DNA from: Octopus vulgaris
Lineage: Eukaryota
Assembly (NCBI GenBank): GCA_951406725.2
Contig: OX597825.1
Span: forward strand, 10,912,001 to 10,976,000
DNA length: 64,000 nt
Direction: 5' to 3'
Below the pieces are notes generated by a model. It had not been told where the DNA came from, searched no databases, and worked only from the letters and a program-made list of their open reading frames with translations. Of this stretch, positions 11,666 to 25,165 are shown piece after piece (within the stretch, counting starts at the first letter, position 1; every line of letters starts with the position of its first letter). Both the position numbers and the translations under genes were made by a program.

Positions 11666-14549
11666 AGATGAATAAACTAAAAATAATAATAATAATAAAA
11701 CTAAAGTGAAGATCAAATAGATAGTGTGTGTGTTGAATTGACAAAAGATAAGCAGAAAAACAGGAAAATGAGAGTTTATAGTTGTTCTTCATTGATAGAT
11801 ATTCTGACAATTCATGTTCTATTACAAATGAAAGAAAGAAAGAATGAAAGATCAGAGGGTCGCTTCACAGTAGTTCTTCAAATTTATGTAGGTAGATATC
11901 TGGAAAGTTCATATTCAAACCTCTCACTGCAAAATTATTTTTGGTTGACTGCCCCACTCCCATTTTTTTTGTTTTGTCTGAAACTACCATTACCCAGTGT
12001 CTTCTTTCACCTCTGAACATAGTGGGGGTTTAATTTGGGGGGAGATTTAGCAGCTATTGTTAGCAGATCAAACAACCACATAGAAAGTTTTTGTTGACTT
12101 TTTGTTAGAGATTAGTAGTAAGTATTGGTGGATAATCTAGCACCAACTAACCAACCAACCAATTAACTGATCCAATACTTAGTTATAGATAAGTAGACAA
12201 AAGGAAATGATGTTTACCTATGTAGGTGTTGATAGGTAAATTACAAGAGCAGTATTTCACTTAATTTACACTTCTTCATTGTGTGTTACTTGTGTTTCTG
12301 ATTTATGCTCTTTATAACCGACTGGATTTTCTAATTTTTCTTGTAAATACTTTCTGTGATATCTTTAACTAACAGTTGTCATATTCAGTAATATATCACC
12401 TTTGTCATTGGCAGTGACAGCAGTATTTTTACGTTTGCTTTTCTGTGCTGGCATGGGTTGGATAGGACTTTTTGAATCAGTATTTTACAACCGGATATTC
12501 TTCTTAGTGCCAAACCTTTTCATTGTCTCTTATTACATGCAGGGATACAGCCTGCCGTTTCTCAAAATCAGGATAGGTGCAGGGCATGGCTGTCATTAAG
12601 AAGTTCACTTTATAACCTCGTGGTTTTGGGTTTAATTGTACTGTGTGGCACATTGGGTAAATGTCTTCTACTATAACCCCAGGTTGACGAAAACCTTTCA
12701 AGTGAATTTGATAAACAGAGACTGAAAGAAGCCTGTTAATGAATGTAGGTGTGAGGCTAAGTAAGAGTTGGAGTGAAAGTAAATATTCAAGACAACAGAG
12801 TTAAGAGAGTGAATGTGATATGGAGATGAAAGAAGAGAAGGAACGATATGAAATAACAAAGCTTGTGATGACACTGTATCTTTAGTTATCTCACTCTCTC
12901 AGTCTCTTCTAATTTATTTTATCAGGTGAAAAATTTGTGTGCAATTAGTCAACTAAATTTTTCAAAATATAAGAGTCAGCCCTAATATACTAATAATATA
13001 TCTGGACATTGTAAAGAGATGCTGCAAAAATTTCTTTGGCGCATTTGTGGCCTCTGCTTACCATTCACTGGTAGGCCAAAATGCTGTTGACTGTTGTCAT
13101 ATAACAGTGTCATTGCTCTCTCTCTCTCTCTCTTGATATTTTTGTCAATCTCTTAAGTGGAAAATTCTTAATGTTTGCTTTAGAAATGGAAGTGAATTAA
13201 AATCCCTCTAAGATATTGGATGGGAGGAACATTGCGGCCACAGCTGCAATTCTGAAGTCTTTCTTTAATAATAATAATAATAAAACATTGTGTACAGTGC
13301 TCAGGTGCACTACAACTCATCTAAAGTGTATGTATAGTACATAGAGTACTGTACAAACGTCAGGAAAAGAACAGTGCATGAGTCATGACATACACATATG
13401 TGTATGAGTATGGAAGGGGGACAATCAGTTGAAGTTTCGGCAGATTTCGGAAAGCATGAGGGCCTTAAAGGATGCAGTGTCATTTTGAAGGTGTGATTGA
13501 AGTCAAAACAAAGACATTGGAAGAGAAGCAAACACTGTTGCAAAAAGCTGCAAGAACATAATTTCTTTTTACACTGGATTTTTGAGACAAGATTTTGTAA
13601 TAGTTTCATGAAAAATGTCAAGTTTTGCAAAGTGTAGATGTGAATTTATGCGAATCAAATGTTTTATTCTTTAACCTTCTGACAGTAATCCCTTCCCTTT
13701 CCCCTCTTCCTCAGACCCTTAGTCTTGCATGTTGCTAGGTGATCTCACTTGTGCTGGTACCATGAAAAAAAGCACCCAGTACACTCAGTAAAGTGATTGG
13801 TGTCAGGAAAGCATCCAACCACAGAAACCATTCCAAAGCAGAAATTGGAGTATGACTCACTCTTCCAATTTGTCAGCACTTATTGAACCATCCAACCCAT
13901 GCCAGCATACAATAGAGATGTTAAATGATTGATTACATAGATTTACAGAAACATAGTGGTTCTATAACTTGATGTAAGTTTCAGCCAACCCAATTAAAGT
14001 TCTTCCCTGGTTTGAATCTTTTTTTTTAACAACTTTTTTTTTGTTGAACAACTTGGTTAATTATCATTGATAGAACAGCAACTTTTTACTATTCTTGGAT
14101 AAATATAAGTACCAGTAATAAACCGAACCCAATCTAATCAATTACAACCACTTCTCTAGCAAATAAATGGTAGCGCTAATTTATATCAAACATTGCCAGA
14201 TCAGACTGGGCCTGGTGCAGCCTTCTGGCTTCCCAGACCCCAGTTGCACCATCCAACCCATGCCAGCATGGAAAGCGGATGCTAAACGATGATGATGATG
14301 ATTAGAAATCATTAACATTATCAGCATTGCCATAGACCTGAATACTATGTCTTGGGATTTGCTTGTGTTACATATTACACCAGATGACCAAAACAATGTA
14401 TATAACATTTTCAGTTGACCAACAGGTTTTTTTTTTCATCTAGTTTCAGCTCACGAGCTGTGGCCATGCTGGGGCATTCTATAAAAGTGATATTAAAAAT
14501 TTAAAAAAACTGGATTTTATAGATAAATTCCCTTAAAAGAAATTTTCTA

Positions 14550-14968
14550 GGCGCAGGAGTGGCTGTGTGGTAAGTAGCTTGCTTACCAACCACATGGTTC
14601 CGGGTTCAGTCCCACTGCGTGGCACCTTGGGCAAGTGTCTTCTACTATAGCCTCGGGCCGACCAAAGCCTTGTGAGTGGATTTGGTAGACGGAAACTGAA
14701 AGAAGCCCGTCATATATATATGTATGTATATATATATATATATGCGTCTGTGTGTTTGTGTGTCTGTGTTTGTCCCCCTAGCATTGCTTGACAACCGATG
14801 CTGGTGTGTTTATGTCCCCGTTACTTAGCGGTTCGGCAAAAGAGAACGATAGAATAAGTACTGGGCTTGCAAAAGAATAAGTCCCGTGGTCGAGTTGCTC
14901 GATTAAAGGCGGTGCTCCAGCATGGCCGCAGTCAAATGACTGAAACAAGTAAAAGAGTAAAAGAGTAA
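14550..14968 (+). mobile_element. SINE family A, full length
   Basis: Runs from the GGCGCAGGAGTGGCTGTGTGG head through the GTAAAAGA tail. Confidence 0.85.
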
Positions 14969-15600
14969 ATCTATTTCAGAAATTTAAAATTGAGAGGAGA
15001 TGAAGGAATAAGATGTAGGAAAAAAAATGACCTCTCAAAAATCTCTCTCCAATTTTCAAAATAATAGTCTTCAAGTTGTTAAAGTATAAAAATTGATATC
15101 TAAAACGTTCACCTTAATCGCTGTTATCTCATGCTTTTACAGTTGGTATCACACTTTGTTGAACAACTAATGTTTGATGATGTTTTTACCTCATCATGAA
15201 AACCAGTAGCACTTTAGTTCCTTATTAAATATTCATATTCTAATGATTTTCCTTTGTCTGTGTGATTGAGGGAAAAATGCTTCTGGAGCAGAATTTCATT
15301 AAGAGCTAATGAAATATTTACTGCAAGGGTAAAGAACATTATGTTGTTGAACATTATGTCTTAGTGGTTGAATAAATCTTTTATTTCATGGACAGATTAT
15401 TGAAATGTCTTAATAGTGTTTGATGTAACTGGAACATTAGAAAATATATTCATTAGATACAAATAAAATATGATAAATTAAATAGAATTTCTGTGAATTC
15501 TTTTGTAGTTTGATGTATATTTTATTGATGGAATATCCAGTGAGAAACAAAAGCAAAGAACTTAATAAAGAAGTGTTACTTGTACACTTTTACAGTGGAT

Positions 15601-15805
15601 GAGGCACATGGCCTCGTGGTTAGAGCAGCGGACTTGCGGTCGCGGGATCGCGGGTTCGAATCTCAGACCGGGCGATGTGTGTGTTTATGAGCGAAAACAC
15701 CTAAGCTCCACACAGCTCCGGCAGGAGGTAATGGCAAACTTCTGCTGACTCTTTCACCACAACTTTATTTCTCTCACTCTTTCTTCCTGCATCTAGCAGC
15801 TCACC
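15601..15805 (+). mobile_element. tRNA-derived SINE family D (head)
   Basis: A-box TGGCCTCGTGG and B-box GGTTCGAATCT in a tRNA-like head. The same head occurs at 16154-16393(-), 22300-22617(-), 51200-51658(-) and 52279-52581(+). Confidence 0.8.
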
Positions 15806-16061
15806 TTTGCTGTATGAAGATATTGTTGGGGTTTTCTCTACAACTGAAGGTACTAAGGGCACAGCAAGGTTAAAGGCTTAAGTGGTTTACTTCACAACGA
15901 TGAGGTTATGTGACACCTTGGGTAAATATCATTGCTCATAACCTTGGATCAACCCAAGCCTTGTGAGTGAAATAGTATTGATGGAAACTGTATGGAAGCC
16001 TGTTAAATTGTACCTGTAATTAAAATATTTTGTCACATGCTGATTCTGCCTAAGGATTGCA

Positions 16062-16538
16062 TTAACCCATTAGCATTTGAACCAGCCATATGTGGCCCGA
16101 ATATTCTACCTGTTTTATGCTCAAACTGTCCGGATCTGGCCTCCCACACCTATGTTGTTGTTTTGTTCCGTCTCGAGCCATGCCTGGCTCATAAGGATGG
16201 GACGCCAGTCTGTCACAGGTGAGTCGTAAGATGCAGGAAGAAAGAGTGAGAGAAAGTTGTGGCGAAAGAGTCTGCAGAAGTTCACCATATTCCTTCTGCT
16301 GGAGCCGCGTGGAGCTTACGTGTTTCGCTCATAAACACACACATCACCCGGTCTGAGATTCGAACCGGCGATCCCTCGACCACGAGTCCTCCACTCCCAC
16401 ACCTATCCTACAATGGCATTCAAATAATAAACAATCACATCATTAAAATCTTGAAGCAACATGATAATGTATGATTAATTCAAAACAGTGTGAATAAGCA
16501 TTACATTTGACCAAGTAATCTGAATGCTGAAGAGTTAA
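16062..16538. mobile_element. piggyBac-like MITE (family 2) interrupted by a SINE
   Basis: TTAACCCATTAGCATT...AATGCTGAAGAGTTAA ends. Related copies at 22620-22849, 30076-30770 and 62455-62690. Confidence 0.65.
16154..16393 (-). mobile_element. 5'-truncated SINE family D nested in the MITE
   Basis: 13-bp TSD CTCCCACACCTAT at 16141-16153 and 16394-16406; (CAA)n tail on the minus strand. Confidence 0.85.
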
Positions 16539-16833
16539 AGATACATGTGTCTGTGGAATACTCAGCCACTTGCATACTAATTCACAGAGTCCAGCTGAGA
16601 AAATAACAGACTACTCATTAATGGTGATCCCTCTTTTGAAAGCAATATGCATCAATACTACCAGGTATTAGGGGTTTAAAATATTCAGCTCCTTTTGTAA
16701 TTAACAAATTTTAACTCTTTGAATGTTAAAGGGTTAAATATATATAAAAAATATTCTATGAAATGGTGTTCAGATTTATTTTATCATCATATAATTTATT
16801 ACCCTTTAATTACCAAGCTAATGAAGGAGTCTC

Positions 16834-17244
16834 GGATCTTTTCAGTTTGAATGGCAGTTTTTTAAAATAATTTCCACGTAACTAAACACTTTAAAACTTT
16901 GTATACTGGTAGAATGTGTTTATAAAACATCTTTTTTTCTTGGCTTTATTGAGAAAATTCTATAGTTTGTAAGATATTTGTTGTTTTTTTTCTTCAATTT
17001 CTGCAATTTCAACCAATCAATGACGTCTATTGATGTGAAAACATTCTGTGCCGTATGAATATGTCCCTCGTTTAAGAAACAGATTGGGTTTATTTACATT
17101 TCTGAAGGAAAAAAGATACCCTTCCCCCTAACCCTAACCCTAAAATAGATTGAAATGCAATAGATCAATACTAGGGTCATAATTATGGGTGACAATTTCA
17201 GATGACACCGCTAGAAAAAACTGCCGTTCAAACCGAAAATATCC
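16834..17244. mobile_element. Non-autonomous DNA transposon with ~30-bp TIRs and internal TAACCC repeats
   Basis: TIR GGATCTTTTCAGTTTGAATGGCAGTTTTTT / AAAAAACTGCCGTTCAAACCGAAAATATCC; 8-bp near-TSD GGAGTCTC/GAAGTCTC. A partial copy lies at ~33753-33945. Confidence 0.8.
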
Positions 17245-17534
17245 GAAGTCTCTATGTGTTCACTCAACCTGTCAGAAATAGCAGCTGAAATTCCCCTAAA
17301 TCATAACCATCTTAAAAACAGGAAAGAAACATTATACAGATTAATCTTAGATATTCTATCTATATGAAAAATGGAATGGTCAGGATTGGAATGTCTTTAA
17401 TCATAGGTCTGCTGGATATGAGCTGATCTGCACTAAGATAACATTTATTTATATTTTTAATACACCATTACATTTTTATCTGAAATTTAATCATTTTCTT
17501 TTGTTTATTTTTCTCTCTTTTTTTTTCTTTTCAG

Positions 17535-17880
17535 TAATCGGTCCCATGGAGGTATCCAGATCTGTTGGAATAAAGGCCAAATTCCACCCATTTCTCAAGT
17601 TTGGAACCCATTTTCAAATGATATTCCATGGGCAATATTTTGTCACCATCCTCTTATCTATAATCCTAAAGAATCTGAAACAGCTTACTTCAACGTTGAT
17701 GATTTTATGGACACCTTAGCGGACTGCCTTAACAAATGCTACAACCGGAAACGACCCAACGAAAACGCAACGATTGTTGAAGGGGCCATTTTATTGAAGA
17801 ATTATGTAAATTTGCCATCAGTATTCTTCAATTCAAATTCTCTGGGTTTCAGCCGTGATCGGAATGGGTTCTGTTTCTAA
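17535..17880 (+). CDS. TPRG1L: Terminal coding exon of the TPRG1L-like gene
   Basis: Long polypyrimidine tract plus cag acceptor, and the phase matches the 2645-2821 exon (CC+T=Pro). Translates NRSHGGIQICWNKGQIPPISQVWNPFSNDIPWAIFCHHPLIYNPKESETAYFNVDDFMDTLADCLNKCYNRKRPNENATIVEGAILLKNYVNLPSVFFNSNSLGFSRDRNGFCF*, resembling the TPRG1L C-terminus (WNPWS..VPY.TF..HP...LGYS..RG.IGF). Confidence 0.9.
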
Positions 17881-19725
17881 TAGAGAACAATTTGGAGGCA
17901 GAAGAGATAATGCCGGGCAATACAGTTAAAACTGTTGTATGATATACTGGAAAATGGTTGTATCATCACTAGCTTTAACGTGAGAGGATGAAATTAGAAG
18001 AATGCCGACATGGAGCAGAAAAACAAAAAGAGAAACTGCTGAAGAAGAAGAAGAACTGTAATATAGAAAGAAAAAAAAAATTGTGTTCTCTTTTATGATG
18101 GAAATATTTTTCAATTTTATTATCAATGTTTTACCATTTTCTTTGGTTTCTTTTTGGAGTTACATGAGAAAATGTTCAAATGTGGGAATATATAAAAATA
18201 TCAAGAAATATATGTATATTTAGATTTTTTTTTGTTATTTTATAGAACATTTTTGTTATTCTTTGCACCATTGTCATTTTTCTTCTTCATTGGCAATGTA
18301 ATTAAGGTAATTTAAAGTGAATATTGTTCAAGTAATTTCTACATTGGTTAGACAATTTTAGATGTAAAATAAAGGATTTTTGTTTTCTAATAAGGACTGA
18401 AAATTATGTGTGTAATACACACACACACATACATGCACTGTGTATGTATATGTATGTAGTTGCCATAAGACCAGTGGCGATGAAAAAGCAACAACAAAAA
18501 CCCCTCAAAAATCCCATGCCATATTATTCCTTTCAGCCTAGGAATTTCTGATGATTGCCAAATTGATCTCAATTCCTGGTATGAAACTGATTGATAAAGT
18601 GACTGATATGAGAATATAATATTGCTTAATTATTAAAAATAGTCATCCATATAACTTTGTGCACACATACACCTGCTGAGAGATGTACCACCCATGTGCT
18701 AGCAAAGATCAGTGGTTCTCAGTCTTTTGGACCCAATGGTGCAATGGAGATCACTGGTGCAGTTAAAAGGGAAAGTTAGAAATATAGAAAACCGTTGCTT
18801 ACCTTGTGTTATTAATCACACATGTGCTCATTTTAGCAAGATGTTCAGCCTTTGATTATTATATTTAAGTTATATTTTTAAAATTCTGTGGCACACTATA
18901 GAAGAAAGAATAGGAAAGAAAATGAAATAGAAGGTGTGAGATAAAAAATGCCTATGAATTTATTTGAACGTGAGGAATATCCCCGATTGCTAGTCATAGA
19001 CTATAGTTGTTTATTTACTAATATTTGCAAACTAAGTTCAAAACAGATAATAATTCTTTAACACGAGAACATTCTTTAGTTAAATTTATCAAATTTTCAA
19101 AACAGTTTATTCTGAAATATTTTCTCTTTATCACATTTTGTATTCTAAATTTTGTTTGATGCTTTTTTAATGTCTTGGTGGTTTAATTAAAGAAACAGAA
19201 TATTAATTATTATACTCTGATATATTTAGACCCATCTTGCTTGTTATAATTACAATGTTGCGCTGGTGTTCATTCTGGCTTTCTTCTACGGTGCCAGTTT
19301 GTTCTTCTGTTGTTTATATAAGGGACATTCTCTTTAATAGACTAAACATAGACACAAACACTCAGAATCTTTAATTAGCACCATAGCTATAAAGTAAACT
19401 AGGTTTAAAGCTCCTAATTTCAGTTACCTAATTATCTTATAGAAGAATGGGATAATGAATATAAGCATTGATTAATTGTGAAGTGTAGTAGGTTAGTGCT
19501 AACGAGTGATGGTTGTGAGTTCGACCCCTGGCTTAATCATAAATATATAAGGTAACAAACTAAGGAAAAGAATTCCTTCAAAGGGGTGTGTGATTGTCGA
19601 AGGGCATCCAGCTGTAGAAACTCAGCCAGATCAGATTGGAGCCTGGTGCAGCCATCTGGTTCGCTAGTCCTCGGTCAAATCATCCAGCCCATGATAGCAT
19701 GGAAAGCAGACATTAAATGATGATG

Positions 19726-19776
<51 letters not shown>

Positions 19777-22700
19777 GTACACACATACACTTGCTCAATG
19801 TATCAAAACTAGTGTATCATAAATAGCAGGGAATGTCCATTCTGTGGGCAAAAGAACGAGAACAATTATCTCCCCACCCTGCCCTAGATTTAATAAAGGG
19901 TTTAATTCCAAATTCTGAGAACATTTCTGAATATGACAGACACCTGAAAAAGGCTGGAGAGTACAATGACTGAAATTTTGTGATTATAACAACCAAGATG
20001 AAGAGAGCAGTTCAAATATATCAGTATATGATGATGATAATTCTTCCTCTCAGAAATACGAAGAAAATAGTATTTGTTCCTTTAACTATGTTGCTGGATT
20101 AGTTAATATTGTGATAAAGGAATAAAAATTATCTTTAGCCCCAAAATCTATATAATACACTCTATGTAAATATTCCTTGTTCTTGTTCATAATTCAAAGT
20201 TATGAATACACATTTCTAAAGAATGGAACATGAATAAGTACTTTGTGAAACTTTGGTGCTGATGGAAATCTTAGCACATAGAAGAGTTGTGTCATGACAT
20301 GATTGAGGAAAGGAGTTGCTAAACTGAGTTGTTATTTGTAGATTTGTATGAAGAACTTACACAAAAGTTATATTACAAATGGTAGTTATAACATCTTGGT
20401 CGACCTGTGATACTGTCTTACATTCAATGATTTTATTCATATTAGTAAAAGAGCTTAGAAAAGGCAAATATATTATAATCTCAATGTTTTCTTTGACAAA
20501 TCTGAGATTTCATATCAATTTACAAAACTTAAGATAACATGACAAAAATATTATCATAATTATATAATGGATACATTAGCAAGTTTACATAACTTTATAT
20601 TTCTTCACTGTCAAAAACCATAATAATATATTTAATTTGTTAATATTAAATGGAATACTAAGCTAAAAGTTAGCTGAAACCTGATGAATTTTATATCAAA
20701 TCATTAATAAAATAAATAACAATCAAGGATTGAGGTTAATTTAATCAACTGCTCAATGAAATGTGTGGAATTGTATCTAAGTAAAAAAAATGTGTTGCTT
20801 GGATATGATTTCATGTGTGAAAGAACAAACGAGAAATTGATCTTGTGAATCTCTATGTCGACAGCATTTTGGTACTATTAAAAGAGAGAATTTTTGAAAA
20901 TATTTCTTATATGTTCTTTGAATTGTTAATATATAATAATTATTTTTTTGAAATTTTAGAATAATTCTTTTTGAAAAGAAATTGTTTTATTTTAGTCAGG
21001 AATGAGAAATTAGATTCAGGACTTTTTCACTCATTTAAAAAAATTTTAATTTGTCAAATTTTAGTTTTTAAAATTTCAAAGTGTGGTTAGAAGAGTCAAG
21101 CTAACATTTTTAAAGCAAAAGAATGGAATTCAAATTCAGTTTTAAATTTAATTTAAATAAAAACAACCTTAATTATATTTTTTGTTGATTTGAATTTGAA
21201 ATTCAAATGTATTTTTTTATTGAATTTTGATGTATTTAAATTTCAAAATTAAAACAAAAAAAATATATCACTCTTTCTTTTTGAATTTCATATTTCGAAG
21301 ACGTAAAAATAGACAAAAATATCAAAAACAAAAAGCACTTCTCGATTTTATCGTTCAACATGGATGTGTTGTTAAGAATCTTATTTTGTAGCCACATGGT
21401 TTCGGGTTTGGTGGCATTTTAACATTCAGGTTGACCAATATCATGTGAGTGAAATATTTGGTAGAAGGAAGATGTGTGGAATGCTGTGTATGTATATATA
21501 TGTACATACACACATGCATAATGTGCCTGTGTATATGCTTTTTTCATGTGTGGATGTGTATATATGTGTGCATATATAACTATATGTATACATATGTATG
21601 TTTAAGTGTGTATATGTGTGTATCTTCTGCTAATTTATATAAATGTTGTCAAGAAAACCAAAAACTGAAAAGCGTTGCTTGTTGTGTGAGTTTCCTTGCA
21701 ATATTTGTTCTGTAACATATTACTGACACTCCCTTGCCACTGTCCCTGTCATAATTGCAGTGACCAGTGCTTGTCCATTGGAAACCTGTAACCAAAAATG
21801 CTATGGAACCCCAATTGTGATATAAAATCAATAAGACAAAAACTGCTCACCACTTTCTCAAAAAAAAAAAAAAAACTAAAATAAGTGTCTTGCTGAAACA
21901 ACATTTTTGTAATAGAGTTACACCTCAAATATATTTGTATAAGTTCTCGAAAATTAAAAAAAAAAAAAAAAAAAAACCTAAAACATTATTGATTAACTTA
22001 ATAAGGATTCTTGCAACATTTCCTCCAGCTAATTATGAAAATGTTTAGAAAATACACATAAATATAGAATAAATTAAATATGAAGTACTGAAACATTGCT
22101 GTGTTAATTCTATCTAAAATATGATTATAATTTTTCTGAAAGTAATTAGAGATGAATCTTTTTTTTTTTTTTTTAATATTTACATCTGAAATATACTTGG
22201 ACAGTTTGATATACGAGTATTATCAAATGTCTTCTTCTTGCTATCTCCACTGTACTGGGTTGGAGTTGAACAAGCAACTTTTATCCTCTATCCCTTTTTA
22301 TTTTTTTTATCTATGCGCCCTTTTCAAGCCTAGCCAGGCTCATAGGCCCAGTTTCCCGCTTTCTATGGTGTAAGTGTTCCCCCTAGCTCAACGGGACACC
22401 AGTCCATCGCAGCATTACTCAAGAAACAGGAAGAAAGAGTGAGAGAAAGTTGGGGCGAATGAGTACAACAGGGGTCGCCACCACCCCCTACCACAGCCTC
22501 ATGGAGCTTTAGGTGTTTTCGCTCAATAAACACACACAATGCTCGGTCTGGGAATCGAAACCACGATCCTCCGACTGTGAGTCCACTGCCCTAACCACTG
22601 GGCCATTGCGCCTCCACCCTTATCCCCTTAGCATTCACATTACTCTGTCAAATGTAAGACTTATTTATTCACATTGTTTTGAATTTATCATGAATTATCT

Positions 22701-23960
22701 CATAACTTTGAGATTTCAATGATATGATTGTTTATTTTTTGGAATGACAATGTAAGGTAGGTGTGAAAGGTTGGACCTGGCAGTTTGAACAAAGGAATCA
22801 GATAGAATATTTGGACCAAATATGGCTGGTTTGAATGCTAAATGGTTAAACTATGGGTAGTGATGCTTTTATGCCTCTGTTTATAAATAAAGGTTCCTAG
22901 TTTGAATTTAGCCCAGTACTATAGTCCAGACACCCAAAGATTGGAGATCAAATCCAGCAAAATGTAGTGGAGATGAAAAATGTTCCATCTTTAAAGATGA
23001 GGTTAATAATCTGAAAATTTATAATCATATTAAATAATTACATTCATCTCAGGCATTTAATTAAGTATTTAATTTGTCTAAAATATTTTGAAATTTTCCT
23101 TCATAACTCTGTGTAAAGACAATCACATGTTTCTTTAATGAGAATAGATTGTGCAGAGTTTCAGCATAAGTCATGCAGTTTGGTGTATGTGTGTGTATGC
23201 TTTTAGAAACTAAAGCGTAGCATTTGTGGGCCTCATATTTGTATTCTGGTGGATCTTCATCTGAATAGATTTGAAGATGTTCAGTGAATGCTAAGTAGAT
23301 ATGTAATTGGAAAGAGTTATTCACCAGAGAGGATATAAAGATATATATATATATACACTATTTAGTGTATATCAATAAAAAATTTTTTAAATGGTCAGAA
23401 CTTAGTGAGTAGTTGATTATTTTAAAATTGCTTGAATATTTTGAAAAATTGGAATAAGCTAAAATGAAACTCGTCAAGGTAGATTCAGATATTTTTTACT
23501 GCTGATCAAATGCGTGCATTTATATTTATCTACATCAATAACAAACAAACTGCTCAACAAAACATCAAATGGTATTTAAAATCTTTCACACTTAACAACT
23601 GCTGCATTAATTAAAAATGAGAATTATTTAAAAATTAATTTACATTTATTTTTTACACAAACCTCCACCAGCAATAACTTTATAATTATTTTTTTGTAAT
23701 TGAAAAAGGTTTAAATATATAAATAATTTCAAAATATTTTTTTTCACTAGAGGTAATTTGAAATAGTTCTTATGGGAATTTTACATAAATATAAAGAAAA
23801 AAAAAGTCTAAATGTTGATACTGTTATGTAATATAATCATTTAATCTGTGATACTCGTTTCAGATGTGCCTGTGGTTTTAGTCCCCTACTTATATATATA
23901 TATATATATATTGCATTTGGATAAAATAGATTTGGAATAAAGCTTTACATTCATGTATTT
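17881..23960 (+). other. Putative long 3'UTR of the TPRG1L-like gene
   Basis: Very AT-rich and comparatively repeat-poor after the stop codon. AATAAA at ~23936 is followed by a T/GT-rich tract; other AATAAA candidates lie near 18368 and 28700. The end point is uncertain. Confidence 0.35.
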
Positions 23961-24767
23961 TCTTTCTTGTATGAATGGCATGAAATCATGCATGTCTGTG
24001 TTAATAGGGTGCTGGATATCTGGCCAAGAGGTCGGCAGTTTATATCCTGTTATCATTAACTAGTAATGCAATTCCAGCCATTGTGTTCACCGAAATCAAT
24101 AACCTAGTGCACATAGCTATAACTAGTTACTACGTATGGCCATAATTGATTGCTGTAGGAGGTGGTTGTATTCTGAAGCTAACAAGGAGGAATTACAACC
24201 ATGTTTCGTGGTCTGCTACCACAACAGCTCCTTTATAGGATCCAGTTAGCTCAAGACATCATCAGGAGGAACCACGTCCAGTTTCAGCATCTACTCCTCT
24301 ACGGTTTTGACGTGGCAGGGTCCCCCCTTTCGGAGGTGTCTTCAGCTCTGGTGTTGGGTGCATGTCTTCTTTTTTCTGTTCCCTGGCCTCTTCAATGTAT
24401 TGTCAATGAGTGTCAGCCGGTGACTGACTGACTTGTCAAACGTTTTCCCTTTAAATACCTGCCGCTAGGCTCCAGCAGGCAGCCCTAGCAAGTTGTCATG
24501 TGACACTGTCTCAACTTTAACTGACCAATGAAGGCGCGTAGTCTTAGCCCACACATTCTCTAAATGACCGTCACCTGTCAATCAGTGAAGCTAATTCAGT
24601 GTCAGCTTGTCTCACCTAGTGATGTTATTTTCCTGCCGGCATGTTATGACTTTCAAGCCATTTTTGGTCTTCCCGCTTCAGCCATATTTGTTGGCTTGCA
24701 GTGTTCACAGTTTTGTCTTCTTGCAGAGAAAAGTGACTCTGATGGTTTTGACATCCTTTTCAGAGAT

Positions 24768-25165
24768 CATCATCATCATTGTTCAACCGTAGTCAAGGCA
24801 ATGAAATTTACCATGCTACACCAGATTTCACGGTCCATCATAGCATTACGGAGGTCCTGTTGCTGGATGCCTGTATCCCTGGAGATTACATCAGGGTAGG
24901 AGAGTGTGCGCCCTCTGGTATCGCGAGTAGATGGCTTCCAGAGGAGAAGAGCAGAAATTGCCTCGTTTTCAGCCCTACAACAATGTCCAGCAAACTGGAC
25001 TCTCTTACCTTTCACAAGAGATGACACAGGTGGTAGTTTCCCATATATTTGCATTTTGGTTGGATGGCGCTCTCATAAAGAGGCGAGTGTAGGTTCCATC
25101 CAACCGCCTCTCAAGCTTCTTTGATAACATCCAGGTTTCTGAGCCATATAGTAGAATTGGTACAG
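24768..25165 (-). mobile_element. RTE-type LINE 3' fragment
   Basis: VPILLYGSETW...LDGTYTRL, then IYGKLPPVSSLVKGKRVQFAGHCCRA...SYPDVISRDTG; (TGA)n tail. Confidence 0.85.

Noticed and set aside
24316-24350. Minus-strand CTGAAGA..CGAAA motif
   Set aside because: There is no stem II or stem I pairing, and G occupies the cleavage position.
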